A stretch of DNA of 64,000 nucleotides from an uncultured virus (IMG/VR IMGVR_UViG_3300042558_001076) (taxonomy: Duplodnaviria > Heunggongvirae > Uroviricota > Caudoviricetes), in the IMG/VR virus record IMGVR_UViG_3300042558_001076. One strand, written 5' to 3'. Below are positions 37,622 to 46,753 of the stretch, piece after piece; the stretch's first letter is position 1, and each line of letters opens with the position of its first letter. A program made the translations under genes and the position numbers. The notes below the pieces were generated by a model. That model was not told the origin of the DNA, made no database searches, and worked only from the letters and a program-made list of their open reading frames with translations.

Positions 37622-37946
37622 CTTTATTATATTTACGATACATAATACGTTTTCTTACTCCTTTGGTCCTAACCAATATAGAAGCCTCAATAGATTTGTA
37701 TAGCTCTAAAAACTCAGGGTCTTTCTTTTTCATTTCGGATACGGACTTGATATGGTGTACCATATTGGTATGGCTCAACCCTAATTCTTCCGCACATCTT
37801 CTTGTAGATAACCCACAATACTTCATCATCATATAGCCACATAGCTTAGACCCATAGGTAGTTCTTAAAGATAGGTGAGTACCTACCGAACTCTTAACTG
37901 TTTCGGTAGATACATTTCTATTGGACTTGTTAGGCAATCGTTTCAT
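37611..37946 (-). CDS. second DnaA domain IV-like HTH protein
   Basis: GYMMMKYCGLS..CAEELGLSHTNMVHHIKSV..DPEF resembles the DnaA C-terminus. Confidence 0.6.
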   Translation of the reverse strand: MKRLPNKSNRNVSTETVKSSVGTHLSLRTTYGSKLCGYMMMKYCGLSTRRCAEELGLSHTNMVHHIKSVSEMKKKDPEFLELYKSIEASILVRTKGVRKRIMYRKYNKDAK

Positions 37947-38247
37947 TTCTTTCGGAATTGTAGTATGATTAAAAGAGAAACAGCAAATAACATTAAAGAA
38001 ACAACAAAGTATTCAAATGTTTGCTTGATAAATATTGGTATATGAATAAGTATTGCAAGCCAATAGTTATCTTTTTTATCCATCTCTACGTTTTAAAGGG
38101 TTATCGTTGAGGTCATCTTCTTGGGATATGCGTAAAGCTTCCTCCTCGTAATGCTTGTCAAGTAACTCCGAGTATTTGATATGGAGTTCTGTATACTTAA
38201 CTAATAAATCTTCGTACATTTTTTTGTAGTCTGTCATAAGTTTGGTT

Positions 38248-38538
38248 TTACATGTTACTAAATATTGCTTTTACTGGTACTTCGCCACCGATAGGTCTCA
38301 TTGCTTTCTCTACTTTATCTTTAGGATAGAAGTAGGTACAGAATGCATCAGCATCAAAGAAGCCTTGGTCTGTTACGGGAAAATAATCTACCCCATGTTC
38401 TCTATTGATATGGTTCTTACCATATACCCTTGCACATAGCCTAGAACAATACATAGCTTCTTTATACTTAGCTACAAAGTCCTTTACACAATTAGGGTTG
38501 GCACAAATCTTAGGGTAATCTTTTTTCTCTCTAGGCAT
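38248..38538 (-). CDS. zinc-finger protein
   Basis: CANPNC...YCSRLC. Confidence 0.6.
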   Translation of the reverse strand: MPREKKDYPKICANPNCVKDFVAKYKEAMYCSRLCARVYGKNHINREHGVDYFPVTDQGFFDADAFCTYFYPKDKVEKAMRPIGGEVPVKAIFSNM

Positions 38539-38758
38539 TTCTTTCTTCTTTCAGGGTTAATATAATATTTTCTTTATTGTCTTTGATATAATCTTGTATA
38601 GCTTCGTATTCACCTTTCCTGAAGTCGTCCCATTTGCTATTAACAAACTGCCTCCATATAGACGAGCCAACATAGAATTGGTCATCGTATGGCATAGACT
38701 CAAAGTAAGGTATTTCATTCTGCATTAATGATAGGAATAGATATTGACGATATACCAT
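38531..38758 (-). CDS. hypothetical protein
   Basis: coupled ORF. Confidence 0.55.
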   Translation of the reverse strand: MVYRQYLFLSLMQNEIPYFESMPYDDQFYVGSSIWRQFVNSKWDDFRKGEYEAIQDYIKDNKENIILTLKEERNA

Positions 38759-38770
38759 AGTTGTATAGTT

Positions 38771-39067
38771 TTAGAATGGGTGATTGTTACCTTCGTTAAG
38801 AACTTCTCTACGAGCAAAGTCATATTGGTCTGCATGAAGTTGGTCAATTTGGTCGTCACTATACAGACCTATCACAGGGGTTTCTAGTGGGAATAAAGTA
38901 CATAGTTTGAACCCTTCTTTCTCCGATTGGGTTAAGACATCTTTGTACAATTTGTTTAAAAGCTTACTGCATACAGTTGACTTATGGCAAGCTTCAAGGA
39001 TTGTGGTAAACATAGCCAGACGTTTCAAATGGTCAGGCAAGTGCTCAAGGTTGTTTTGGTTTGTCAT
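38771..39067 (-). CDS. hypothetical protein
   Basis: start reassigned to ATG 39067 (MTNQNN). Confidence 0.5.
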   Translation of the reverse strand: MTNQNNLEHLPDHLKRLAMFTTILEACHKSTVCSKLLNKLYKDVLTQSEKEGFKLCTLFPLETPVIGLYSDDQIDQLHADQYDFARREVLNEGNNHPF

Positions 39068-39177
39068 TGGATAAAATTTATAGTTAAAGAAAAGAAAAAT
39101 GAACGTGGAAGAAAAGAGCAACAAGGTGGGGGACAAGCCCCCATCAATGCTGTACTAATCAAAACAAAACATCGTTA

Positions 39178-40083
39178 TTATTTCCAGGCCAAAGGGTCAT
39201 AAGCTGACTTTGGTTGGTCGTAAGATTTATTATAGTGGACAATTTCTTCATCACGCTCGCTAATGTATTCATCGCCATACATCTCATACATCATAGAGTC
39301 ATAGCAATCCCAACATACCATAGCGTTATTGAAGTCAGGCAACTCTTCTAACTCATCTTTGTGGTATAACTCACAACAAGACTCACACATCATATCCTCA
39401 CTATTAGCGTCGCTATCCCATTTGTATTGAGACTTAACATCATAGGTGTCGTCCCAATCATTGTACACACGAGGATAACCTACGCTTGTACTTGGGGAGT
39501 ATGCACTACCATACGTATAGTTATTGTACGTAGGTTTTTTATAACTATAACTATAAGACTTGTTACTGAACCAACAACCCAAGTCCCACGTACCTGCTTG
39601 CTCGTTGACGATACGCCAATGGCCGTGCTCGTTAAAGAATATGAACTTGTTACCATTGCCTATACTATACTCAATAAGGTCAAGCAAAGTATCGTTATAC
39701 ATAAAGTCCTTAGGTAAGCCTTTGAGGAACCCATTGTTGAATATCTGGGTGTCAGATATAGGGCTGTTGTGTGGGACATGAACATCTAACATACCATTGT
39801 GTACAAACCATGTATCATCTTGTACATGGAATGGGTGACAGTTGTGTTCGTTAACACCACCACTTGTACCGATACGGAAGTGAAGGATAACGTCATTACC
39901 TGAACGCTTGGCTTCTTGATAATAACCATAGAAGATATTGAAGTCAGTCATTTCTTTCTTGGCTACTACTTTGTTGTTATTGATATACAGGATACCTGCA
40001 CCATCATTATTATTATCCCAACAATTCTGTAGGATTTGTTTCTTAAGGGTTACTGCTTTTGGATTTACGATTGCGATACACAT
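39178..40083 (-). CDS. class II glutamine amidotransferase
   Basis: N-terminal MC, N.DGAG, HFRIGTSG, NCHPF, HNG and SDT motifs; C-terminal CxxC pairs. Confidence 0.9.
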   Translation of the reverse strand: MCIAIVNPKAVTLKKQILQNCWDNNNDGAGILYINNNKVVAKKEMTDFNIFYGYYQEAKRSGNDVILHFRIGTSGGVNEHNCHPFHVQDDTWFVHNGMLDVHVPHNSPISDTQIFNNGFLKGLPKDFMYNDTLLDLIEYSIGNGNKFIFFNEHGHWRIVNEQAGTWDLGCWFSNKSYSYSYKKPTYNNYTYGSAYSPSTSVGYPRVYNDWDDTYDVKSQYKWDSDANSEDMMCESCCELYHKDELEELPDFNNAMVCWDCYDSMMYEMYGDEYISERDEEIVHYNKSYDQPKSAYDPLAWK

Positions 40084-40086
40084 AGT

Positions 40087-41328
40087 TTAATTGTTTTGAT
40101 TGTTAGTGAAAGGATTAATATTTTTATCAGCAATGAACTTGCGAAGATACGGATATTCATTGTTATCTTTAATAAAAGTTAGAAAAGATTTTAGACTCAT
40201 ATCAGGGTCAGGGATAGACTTGGTATAGTCATACAACGCTTGAACAAACTCGATGTTCTTGAAGAACGATGAGTCATTAAGCGTACCCCTAAAGATACGA
40301 ACTTCTACTGAATTATCATTCTGTAAATTTACAGCAAGATAACGCTTGCTATTGCCACGCTTTTTCTTTGCCTTGTACATAAGCGTCTCTTGTGTGTACT
40401 CTTTAGTACTCTCGCTTGGGTCATCGGTAAGGGCTGCCCATCGGTCAAGGTTCTCTATCTTACGCTGAGATATCTTGGTAACAAAGTCACTATTGTCAAC
40501 AAAGAACTTCATGAAGCGATATAGATGCCAGGTTGTAAAGGCATTCTTGCTGATATGGATATGCATACCACAAGTACGAGTGTCATAGCTACGATACTTG
40601 TTGCTACGCAATAGGTTAAGTATATCTGCCCATACATTCTTATGCTTCTTGATATACGATATAGTCATAGGGTGGGTTACAATCTCAAACCCATTGTTAA
40701 GTGAACCGTCACTCTTGAAGTATAAGAAGTCATTGCTAACCATTTCAGCCATAGCCTTGTGTGTTACATTACTATCTCCACGCTCTACCTCTAACTCAAT
40801 ACCTAGATACACGTTGTCATTCTCGGACACCTTGTAGAACTTAGGGGTAGGTTTGTAATTGTAGCTGCGTATGATTTCTTTACTGCTGCTGCTACCGTCA
40901 TCATCATCGTCACCATATCTATCGTTATAACAATCATTGCACAAATCGTCTTGACAATAGTTATCCTCATGAACATACTCATCACAACTCTCACACCAAT
41001 AGTAATCAGAACGACAATCATCACATACATATCTTTCACTACCACTTCTACCATGGACTTGGCATATATCGTCGTTGCGAATTACTTCATTACAATCATC
41101 ACATGTAGAAAATCTGTTGACGTAACAATCATTACACCAAGAGTCATCATTTGCGAAATAAGTATCATCGCTGTGGATAACATCACTACAACCAGCGCAT
41201 GAGTGATAGTTGTCGTTACAATCTTCGCATATAGGGTCACCTACATTGTCTACATAATCTTCGCTTGTTATTTCTGTTGAGCAATCAGCACAATGAAGTA
41301 CATCTTGCTCTTCTGTTGTTGTTGGCAT
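40087..41328 (-). CDS. putative amidoligase (COOH-NH2 ligase) with Cys-rich N-terminus
   Basis: GIELEVE, KSDGSL..GFEIVTHP, TCGMHIHIS, RYLAVN and VEVRIFRGT; repeated CxxC. Confidence 0.85.
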   Translation of the reverse strand: MPTTTEEQDVLHCADCSTEITSEDYVDNVGDPICEDCNDNYHSCAGCSDVIHSDDTYFANDDSWCNDCYVNRFSTCDDCNEVIRNDDICQVHGRSGSERYVCDDCRSDYYWCESCDEYVHEDNYCQDDLCNDCYNDRYGDDDDDGSSSSKEIIRSYNYKPTPKFYKVSENDNVYLGIELEVERGDSNVTHKAMAEMVSNDFLYFKSDGSLNNGFEIVTHPMTISYIKKHKNVWADILNLLRSNKYRSYDTRTCGMHIHISKNAFTTWHLYRFMKFFVDNSDFVTKISQRKIENLDRWAALTDDPSESTKEYTQETLMYKAKKKRGNSKRYLAVNLQNDNSVEVRIFRGTLNDSSFFKNIEFVQALYDYTKSIPDPDMSLKSFLTFIKDNNEYPYLRKFIADKNINPFTNNQNN

Positions 41329-41475
41329 ACATTAGAATTTAAAAGTGAACAATGATTTGATATGGTTAAAATAAATATGCCACTCGGCAAGTATTGAGTG
41401 GCACAATTGAAAGGCAGGGCTATCAGGACATAACCCAATAGCGTGGAAGATTTCGTGTATCATATGATATAGGGT

Positions 41476-42513
41476 TTAGTGTCTAGGTCTAAATCTAATA
41501 TAGGTATAACCTTTGCTTATAAACGTATTCATTTCAATATCGCTATGGTCAAATCGTAAGTACCCATGAAGCGACTCATTAGTTGTAATGTCTTCATTCA
41601 TTAACACCAAGGGATAATAGCTATTGCTTTCAGCTTTTAATGGAGTATAAGAAAGGTTGTTGTCAGCCCTTGTTAACTTTATCCAATCGTTATACTTGTA
41701 TAACTTAGGATATAACTCGGCTAATAACTTCTTAACTTCATCGCCACTATCTAAAAACATACGTGCTGAATGGTCACCGAATAGGTTACGGAATTGGTCA
41801 CGCTTAGCCCTAAGGTCTTCGTGTACCCATTCCTCAAAGTAATGGTGGGCATATCTTGATTCACCACCTACCTCATCTTTGACATAGGTATAGTATTCGT
41901 CACGCTTAGTTACCTCATACACACCACCTAGGTTTACATAATTCCATTTGTCAGTAAGACAAACTACTTTCTCGGTAGTTACTACTACCTCATCTTGTGC
42001 CTCGTTCTCGAGGTTGTTTGTTTGCTCAGGCATAGTATTAAAAGGTTGGTTTAATACGTATTCAATAAATTGTTCGGTTGATATTTCTATTTGGCAATGG
42101 GTTGGGATACTTCGTTCAATTGCTACCCAATAACCACGCTGATTGTTGTGTTCGCTAAGTATATAGCCTTCAAGTGTGTCTAAATGACCTGCCATTCTCC
42201 AACGACCTAACATCTCTCTGTTTTCTTCTGTTACTTTGATATGCCAATTGCCAGGTAACAAGTACTCAATACCTAAGTCATTCATAAGTATTTCTTGCTC
42301 AACATTCAAAGCTCTTAAACCATAGAGAGTTCTATATGACATGTCAGGGTGGGGTCTTACATCAAATACTCTAACAACATCACCATTATTAAATTGGGAA
42401 TTTCTTATATTGTCATTAGCAAATCCCATTGCTCTAAACATTTCTCTATAAGAACTGTAATTGTAATCTCTGTCGGTGATGCGAACTAAGTCGCCTACAT
42501 TAATTGTTGCCAT
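41476..42513 (-). CDS. hypothetical multi-domain early protein
   Basis: 345-aa intact ORF. Confidence 0.6.
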   Translation of the reverse strand: MATINVGDLVRITDRDYNYSSYREMFRAMGFANDNIRNSQFNNGDVVRVFDVRPHPDMSYRTLYGLRALNVEQEILMNDLGIEYLLPGNWHIKVTEENREMLGRWRMAGHLDTLEGYILSEHNNQRGYWVAIERSIPTHCQIEISTEQFIEYVLNQPFNTMPEQTNNLENEAQDEVVVTTEKVVCLTDKWNYVNLGGVYEVTKRDEYYTYVKDEVGGESRYAHHYFEEWVHEDLRAKRDQFRNLFGDHSARMFLDSGDEVKKLLAELYPKLYKYNDWIKLTRADNNLSYTPLKAESNSYYPLVLMNEDITTNESLHGYLRFDHSDIEMNTFISKGYTYIRFRPRH

Positions 42514-42531
42514 TGTAGTTTTATTTATAGG

Positions 42532-42747
42532 TTAATTAATTTTGTGTCCTGTTACTACGCCATAATACCAATCATACCAATTGTCAAAATGTTTTTGCCC
42601 TTCTTCTGTATATTTGGAGGGCTCATCATCGTCATCACTATCCAAATAGGGATAGAAGATTTCACTTGTTTGATACATCGTATCTAATTGAGATTGGGCT
42701 AAGTAAGTAGCCAATTCTACAGGGTTTACTTGGATTGTTTGTGACAT
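42532..42747 (-). CDS. hypothetical protein
   Basis: intact ORF. Confidence 0.55.
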   Translation of the reverse strand: MSQTIQVNPVELATYLAQSQLDTMYQTSEIFYPYLDSDDDDEPSKYTEEGQKHFDNWYDWYYGVVTGHKIN

Positions 42748-42764
42748 ACGTTTGTTTTATAGGG

Positions 42765-43022
42765 TTAATTAATAAGTTCTACTTGCGAAGGGCATAATTC
42801 TAAATCTAATGGGGATACACCATTGTATTCTTTATCTTGCTCTCCTTCGCATATATATTTAGGAATATACCCACACTCGTCAATTAAACCTTGTACGCTT
42901 TTTTCAATTTTTCCTGTATTAATCAATTCATTCATACAGCTGTAACCGAATGATTTTACTTCGTCGCTGTCAGAAAAGTACCAATCAAGAAATCTTTCTC
43001 GTGTTATTTTGTATTGTGCCAT
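42765..43022 (-). CDS. hypothetical protein
   Basis: intact ORF. Confidence 0.55.
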   Translation of the reverse strand: MAQYKITRERFLDWYFSDSDEVKSFGYSCMNELINTGKIEKSVQGLIDECGYIPKYICEGEQDKEYNGVSPLDLELCPSQVELIN

Positions 43023-43028
43023 ATAGTT

Positions 43029-43343
43029 TTATTTTTTAGGATAATAATTTAATTGTTCAACCCATACTTTATTTTTGTCAACTATAAATTCGTCCCAATC
43101 TTTTATTTGCTCATCTTCTAAAGAGGTGTAGTTGTCAATCATTCCTATTTCCCATTGTCTAAATGCATTTAGGATATTGATATAAACATCTAGTTTAACC
43201 AAACGAGCATCATCTTCATCTTCATATGCTGAATGCACATTCTCTCTGTAATCTCCGTATTCACCTAATGAATACTTAACGAGGTAAATTGGTTTTTGTT
43301 CCATAGTACTAATTAAAATTAAAGGGTACACGATTAGATACAT
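43029..43343 (-). CDS. hypothetical protein
   Basis: intact ORF; start may be the internal MEQKP. Confidence 0.5.
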   Translation of the reverse strand: MYLIVYPLILISTMEQKPIYLVKYSLGEYGDYRENVHSAYEDEDDARLVKLDVYINILNAFRQWEIGMIDNYTSLEDEQIKDWDEFIVDKNKVWVEQLNYYPKK

Positions 43344-43526
43344 ATTTGTTTTGGCAATGTTTATTCATGCCATCGCCTTTGCCCCATGACGCTTTTGGCG
43401 TTGAGCAAGAAAGAAGCCCTAACGTAATTAGGGCTATTGTAAAACTGATTTTTAAAATTGTCAAAAAGGACATACGTTGTGTTTTGTAGGTAAAAGAAAA
43501 AGATGAACGTGGAGAAAAATAAAGTG

Positions 43527-43706
43527 CTATTTGCTATTTATCTTCTCATCTATCTTTGCGTAGATAAGAAAGATAATACCGCCCTCAACCATACCGATTA
43601 GGGACATGATTAGCTCGGTCATTGTTTGCCCGTGTATCATTGTAATTGTTGAGCCTCCGATTAACAATAAAGATAACACAGCAAGCAAGTGATGAAGTTT
43701 AAACAT
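43527..43706 (-). CDS. small two-TM membrane protein
   Basis: MFKLHHLLAVLSLLLIGG...; start coupled to the upstream 54-aa ORF 43699-43863. Confidence 0.5.
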   Translation of the reverse strand: MFKLHHLLAVLSLLLIGGSTITMIHGQTMTELIMSLIGMVEGGIIFLIYAKIDEKINSK

Positions 43707-43898
43707 GGCTATACTTTTTATAAGATGAAACAATAAAATACCCACTTAGTAAGCCGTGGATATTACTACAAACAAATTTTACATTTCTGTACCTAGATTT
43801 TAGGTTCATGTAAGCCAAACGGAAGCCTTGCTCGGTTCGGTTTTGGAATTGGATTTCTCTCATGTTGTTTTGTTTTAAGAGTTATTGATTATGTATTA

Positions 43899-44159
43899 TT
43901 ATTTTATTAATCCTATTGTAGACCTTGATTGTCGGTGATAATTAGTTTTAATTATAGTATTAGATACTATCTTTTTAGTATCTTTTATTGCATTATGGGT
44001 ATTGACAATTAATTGATTAAGATTAATTTGTCTGTTTGTGTTAATATCAATAGCGTTAGTATAGCTTTTATTAACATTGCCGTAAGTTAAGGGCTTGATA
44101 TTATTTTTGCTCATTGGTTTATATCTTCTTGATTGAAGAAAATTGATATCTTTATTCAT
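43899..44159 (-). CDS. Asn/Lys-rich hypothetical protein
   Basis: intact ORF in the early region. Confidence 0.45.
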   Translation of the reverse strand: MNKDINFLQSRRYKPMSKNNIKPLTYGNVNKSYTNAIDINTNRQINLNQLIVNTHNAIKDTKKIVSNTIIKTNYHRQSRSTIGLIK

Positions 44160-44189
44160 GATTATATATTTTAAAAGTTATAAAATGAG

Positions 44190-44805
44190 ATAGTAGGCGG
44201 TAAATGAACCGCATAACATTGCTGTTATCAATTCTAAATTACTACTACCTTTGCTCTGTAATAAATAAAATGATTAATAATTACTTGATTAGATATTTAT
44301 TATATTGAATACCTTACATTATTTGTAAGATACCTTAATGGGATAAGCCATATAACAATAAAATAGCATTTCGCTACTTGTATTTATTAATTAGCATTTC
44401 GCTAACTTATAAATAAATACCCTTTATTGTGTACTCATTGAGCTATTAAGATATATTAAATACCTAACTATTTGCATACAAGCCGTATTAACGGCACTTG
44501 CTTAATTATACCCTATAAATGTAGGCTATAAAAACAAAACTAATAAAAACAATTAGCGTACTTTGTACGGCTTACGGGAGTAAAAAGCATTTCGCTTTTA
44601 TAGTTACTTTACCCGTAAAATTGAAAAATGTACTATATCATTTCGCTGTTACCTTACGGCAATATGGCGTACATTTTTTTTAAATTGCATAACTTTGTAT
44701 AAATTACATTAACTATATTATAGTGCCCTATATATGAATTGAACATATTAAAAATACCTACTATTATAAGGCAATTATAGGGCTATAAATTAATATAGCC
44801 CTATA
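44190..44805 (-). other. hairpin-rich non-coding region with repeated GCGAAATG element
   Basis: at least eight inverted repeats; four CATTTCGC copies. Confidence 0.55.
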
Positions 44806-44810
44806 TATTA

Positions 44811-45326
44811 TTACTTGCTTAAGTTTTTGTAGTAATTAGCTACAAAGTTTTGTACTTGCTTATAAGTAAAGTACCTTTTTACTTTATTGCCGTCTTTGTC
44901 AAGTATAAACGTACGTACTATATTGCCTTTTTTATCAAGTTTTGTACTCCCGTCTTTATTTTTTTCTATCTTTGTAACATATTTTTGCTCTTCTGTTAAA
45001 CTATCTAATATTAAAGGCAATTTATAGGTATTATCATTATAATTAGAAAAACTATTTAAAAACGCTTTGCCGTGTGTTAAAATGTTTTTAAGGTGTGCAC
45101 TCAAAGTTAATTCAGCCGTGGCGTAATTTTCGTAAGATATGCCCTTAATTTCGGCTAACTTTTTCCCCGTTACTCCCTCATTTAAAAATACTATACGTAC
45201 TTTTTTAGCGGCTTTTTTCTTATTTGTTTTTGCCATGCTATTATTAACAGGTTTAATAGCTTCTTTGCTTTTGTTAGTAGCTTTAATGTTTTTAGCTTTT
45301 TGCGGTGTGTTTAATTGTGTTGACAT
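44811..45326 (-). CDS. highly basic early protein
   Basis: Lys-rich 171 aa; first gene of the leftward arm. Confidence 0.6.
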   Translation of the reverse strand: MSTQLNTPQKAKNIKATNKSKEAIKPVNNSMAKTNKKKAAKKVRIVFLNEGVTGKKLAEIKGISYENYATAELTLSAHLKNILTHGKAFLNSFSNYNDNTYKLPLILDSLTEEQKYVTKIEKNKDGSTKLDKKGNIVRTFILDKDGNKVKRYFTYKQVQNFVANYYKNLSK

Positions 45327-45875
45327 AATTTTTTTGTTTTTGTTTTGTTAGTTAAAAAAATGAATTGATACTATACAAAAAATAATAGTTAAAATAGCGT
45401 CAATACTACATTATAGCGTTATTTTGTACCTATAAAATAACAATTTACCCGACTATAAAAGTAACTATAATAAAGAAAAGTATTAATAATCAATGAGTTA
45501 TGAGGTATTACCTAAACTAATAAGTTACACAAAGCATATAAAAGGGTAATTTATAGGTATTTAGATAGTCCCATATGCTTTTTACCTTTAGTTAATCAAT
45601 ATAAGGTACTCAAAATCAATTTATATAAGTAAAAAAAAATTACAAAGTACAAAGGTACCCATTAAAAAAAAGCCAATTTCCCAAAAAGGACCATCATGAC
45701 AAAGTATGTATATCATCCCCACCTTTATGTAGCTAACTTCCATTAGTACACTTAGTGCCTCCTTCTTTTATTATAAGAAGTAAGGTGGTTCAAACCCTTA
45801 TGGGGCGTAGTAGGTTTTCCGTATATGTGAATAATTATTTTTGTATAGCGGAAAAAGTAGTTGTACATTTGTGCT

Positions 45876-46298
45876 ATGGACAATGAGTTAAAAGGCATAC
45901 GCAGGGTTGCCAAAAAGATACCTGTTAAGCGTTTGGTAGATGTAGACAATGGTGAGGTTATGGATGTCATGGAAGATGATAGGTTTCTAACTATTGATAG
46001 TTTACCTTTTGTCAAGGTGTATACTGATGAGTTCGCCAAGGCTATCTATGGGTTGCCTTATATTGGCTACCAGCTATTGTCATATGTAGTGTTTAAGTTA
46101 GAGAAGGGCAATAACCTAGTTTATATCGATTATACGGACGTTAAATCAATAATAGGTAACATTGGTAAGACAGGGTATTATAATGGCGTAAAGGAGCTAA
46201 TAAAGCGTAATGTGATTGCCAAGACAGAAAGGAAGTATGTGTATAGGGTTAATCCTAATCTAATGTTTAATGGGGTTAGAATATCTAAGTTCAAATAA
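45876..46298 (+). CDS. RepL-like winged-helix replication/maintenance protein
   Basis: VDVDNGEV, FVKVY, GVKELIKRNVIAK and YRVNPNLMFNG motifs; TACATTTG promoter element at 45864-45871. Confidence 0.7.
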   Translation: MDNELKGIRRVAKKIPVKRLVDVDNGEVMDVMEDDRFLTIDSLPFVKVYTDEFAKAIYGLPYIGYQLLSYVVFKLEKGNNLVYIDYTDVKSIIGNIGKTGYYNGVKELIKRNVIAKTERKYVYRVNPNLMFNGVRISKFK

Positions 46299-46308
46299 CG
46301 TATTATAT
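46297..46308 (+). promoter_or_regulatory. late promoter motif AACGTATTATAT
   Basis: exact motif upstream of ORF 46325. Confidence 0.65.
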
Positions 46309-46324
46309 TTGTAAATTAATTAAA

Positions 46325-46618
46325 ATGAGTTTTACTAAAGATACTAATTACCAAGCAGGGCAAGCAAAGCTTTTTGTGAATACTACACCTACTGCTGGTC
46401 AAGTAGCATATAATGTTGATTTATCAGCTAATGGTCAGCCAGGATATTGTGGTGGATTGTACATTGGTGGTGCTGGTAACTTGATTGTTGTTATGGCACA
46501 AGATACTACTGACACCTTAGTTACTTTCAATAGTGTAGTAGCTGGTACTTTCTTACCTATTCAAGTGAAGAAAGTTAGTTCTACTTCTACTGCTACAAAC
46601 ATTATGGGTTTATGGTAA
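46325..46618 (+). CDS. small virion structural protein
   Basis: LYIGGAGNL.V...GTFLPIQVKKV motif common in phage structural proteins. Confidence 0.6.
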   Translation: MSFTKDTNYQAGQAKLFVNTTPTAGQVAYNVDLSANGQPGYCGGLYIGGAGNLIVVMAQDTTDTLVTFNSVVAGTFLPIQVKKVSSTSTATNIMGLW

Positions 46619-46734
46619 ACGTAATATGGAATATAATAACAGATACAGCAGATGTTGCTTCTACTATTATATCTAACATATGGAATTTAGTTACACTTAA
46701 TTGGGAGAATGACTCAAACAATTGGGAAGCTTAA
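46612..46734 (+). CDS. 40-aa Trp-repeat peptide (not in ORF track)
   Basis: MVNVIWNII...IWNLVTLNWENDSNNWEA*; in the -1 frame of the upstream gene. Confidence 0.5.
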   Translation: MVNVIWNIITDTADVASTIISNIWNLVTLNWENDSNNWEA

Positions 46735-46753
46735 CAATATAAAAAATTAACTA

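Noticed and set aside
43703..43762. preQ1-like pseudoknot before the membrane gene
   Set aside because: Lies inside a plausible 54-aa ORF (43699-43863) and lacks the riboswitch consensus
44340..44700. CRISPR or mini-array
   Set aside because: Repeats are only 8-11 bp, irregularly spaced, with no cas genes
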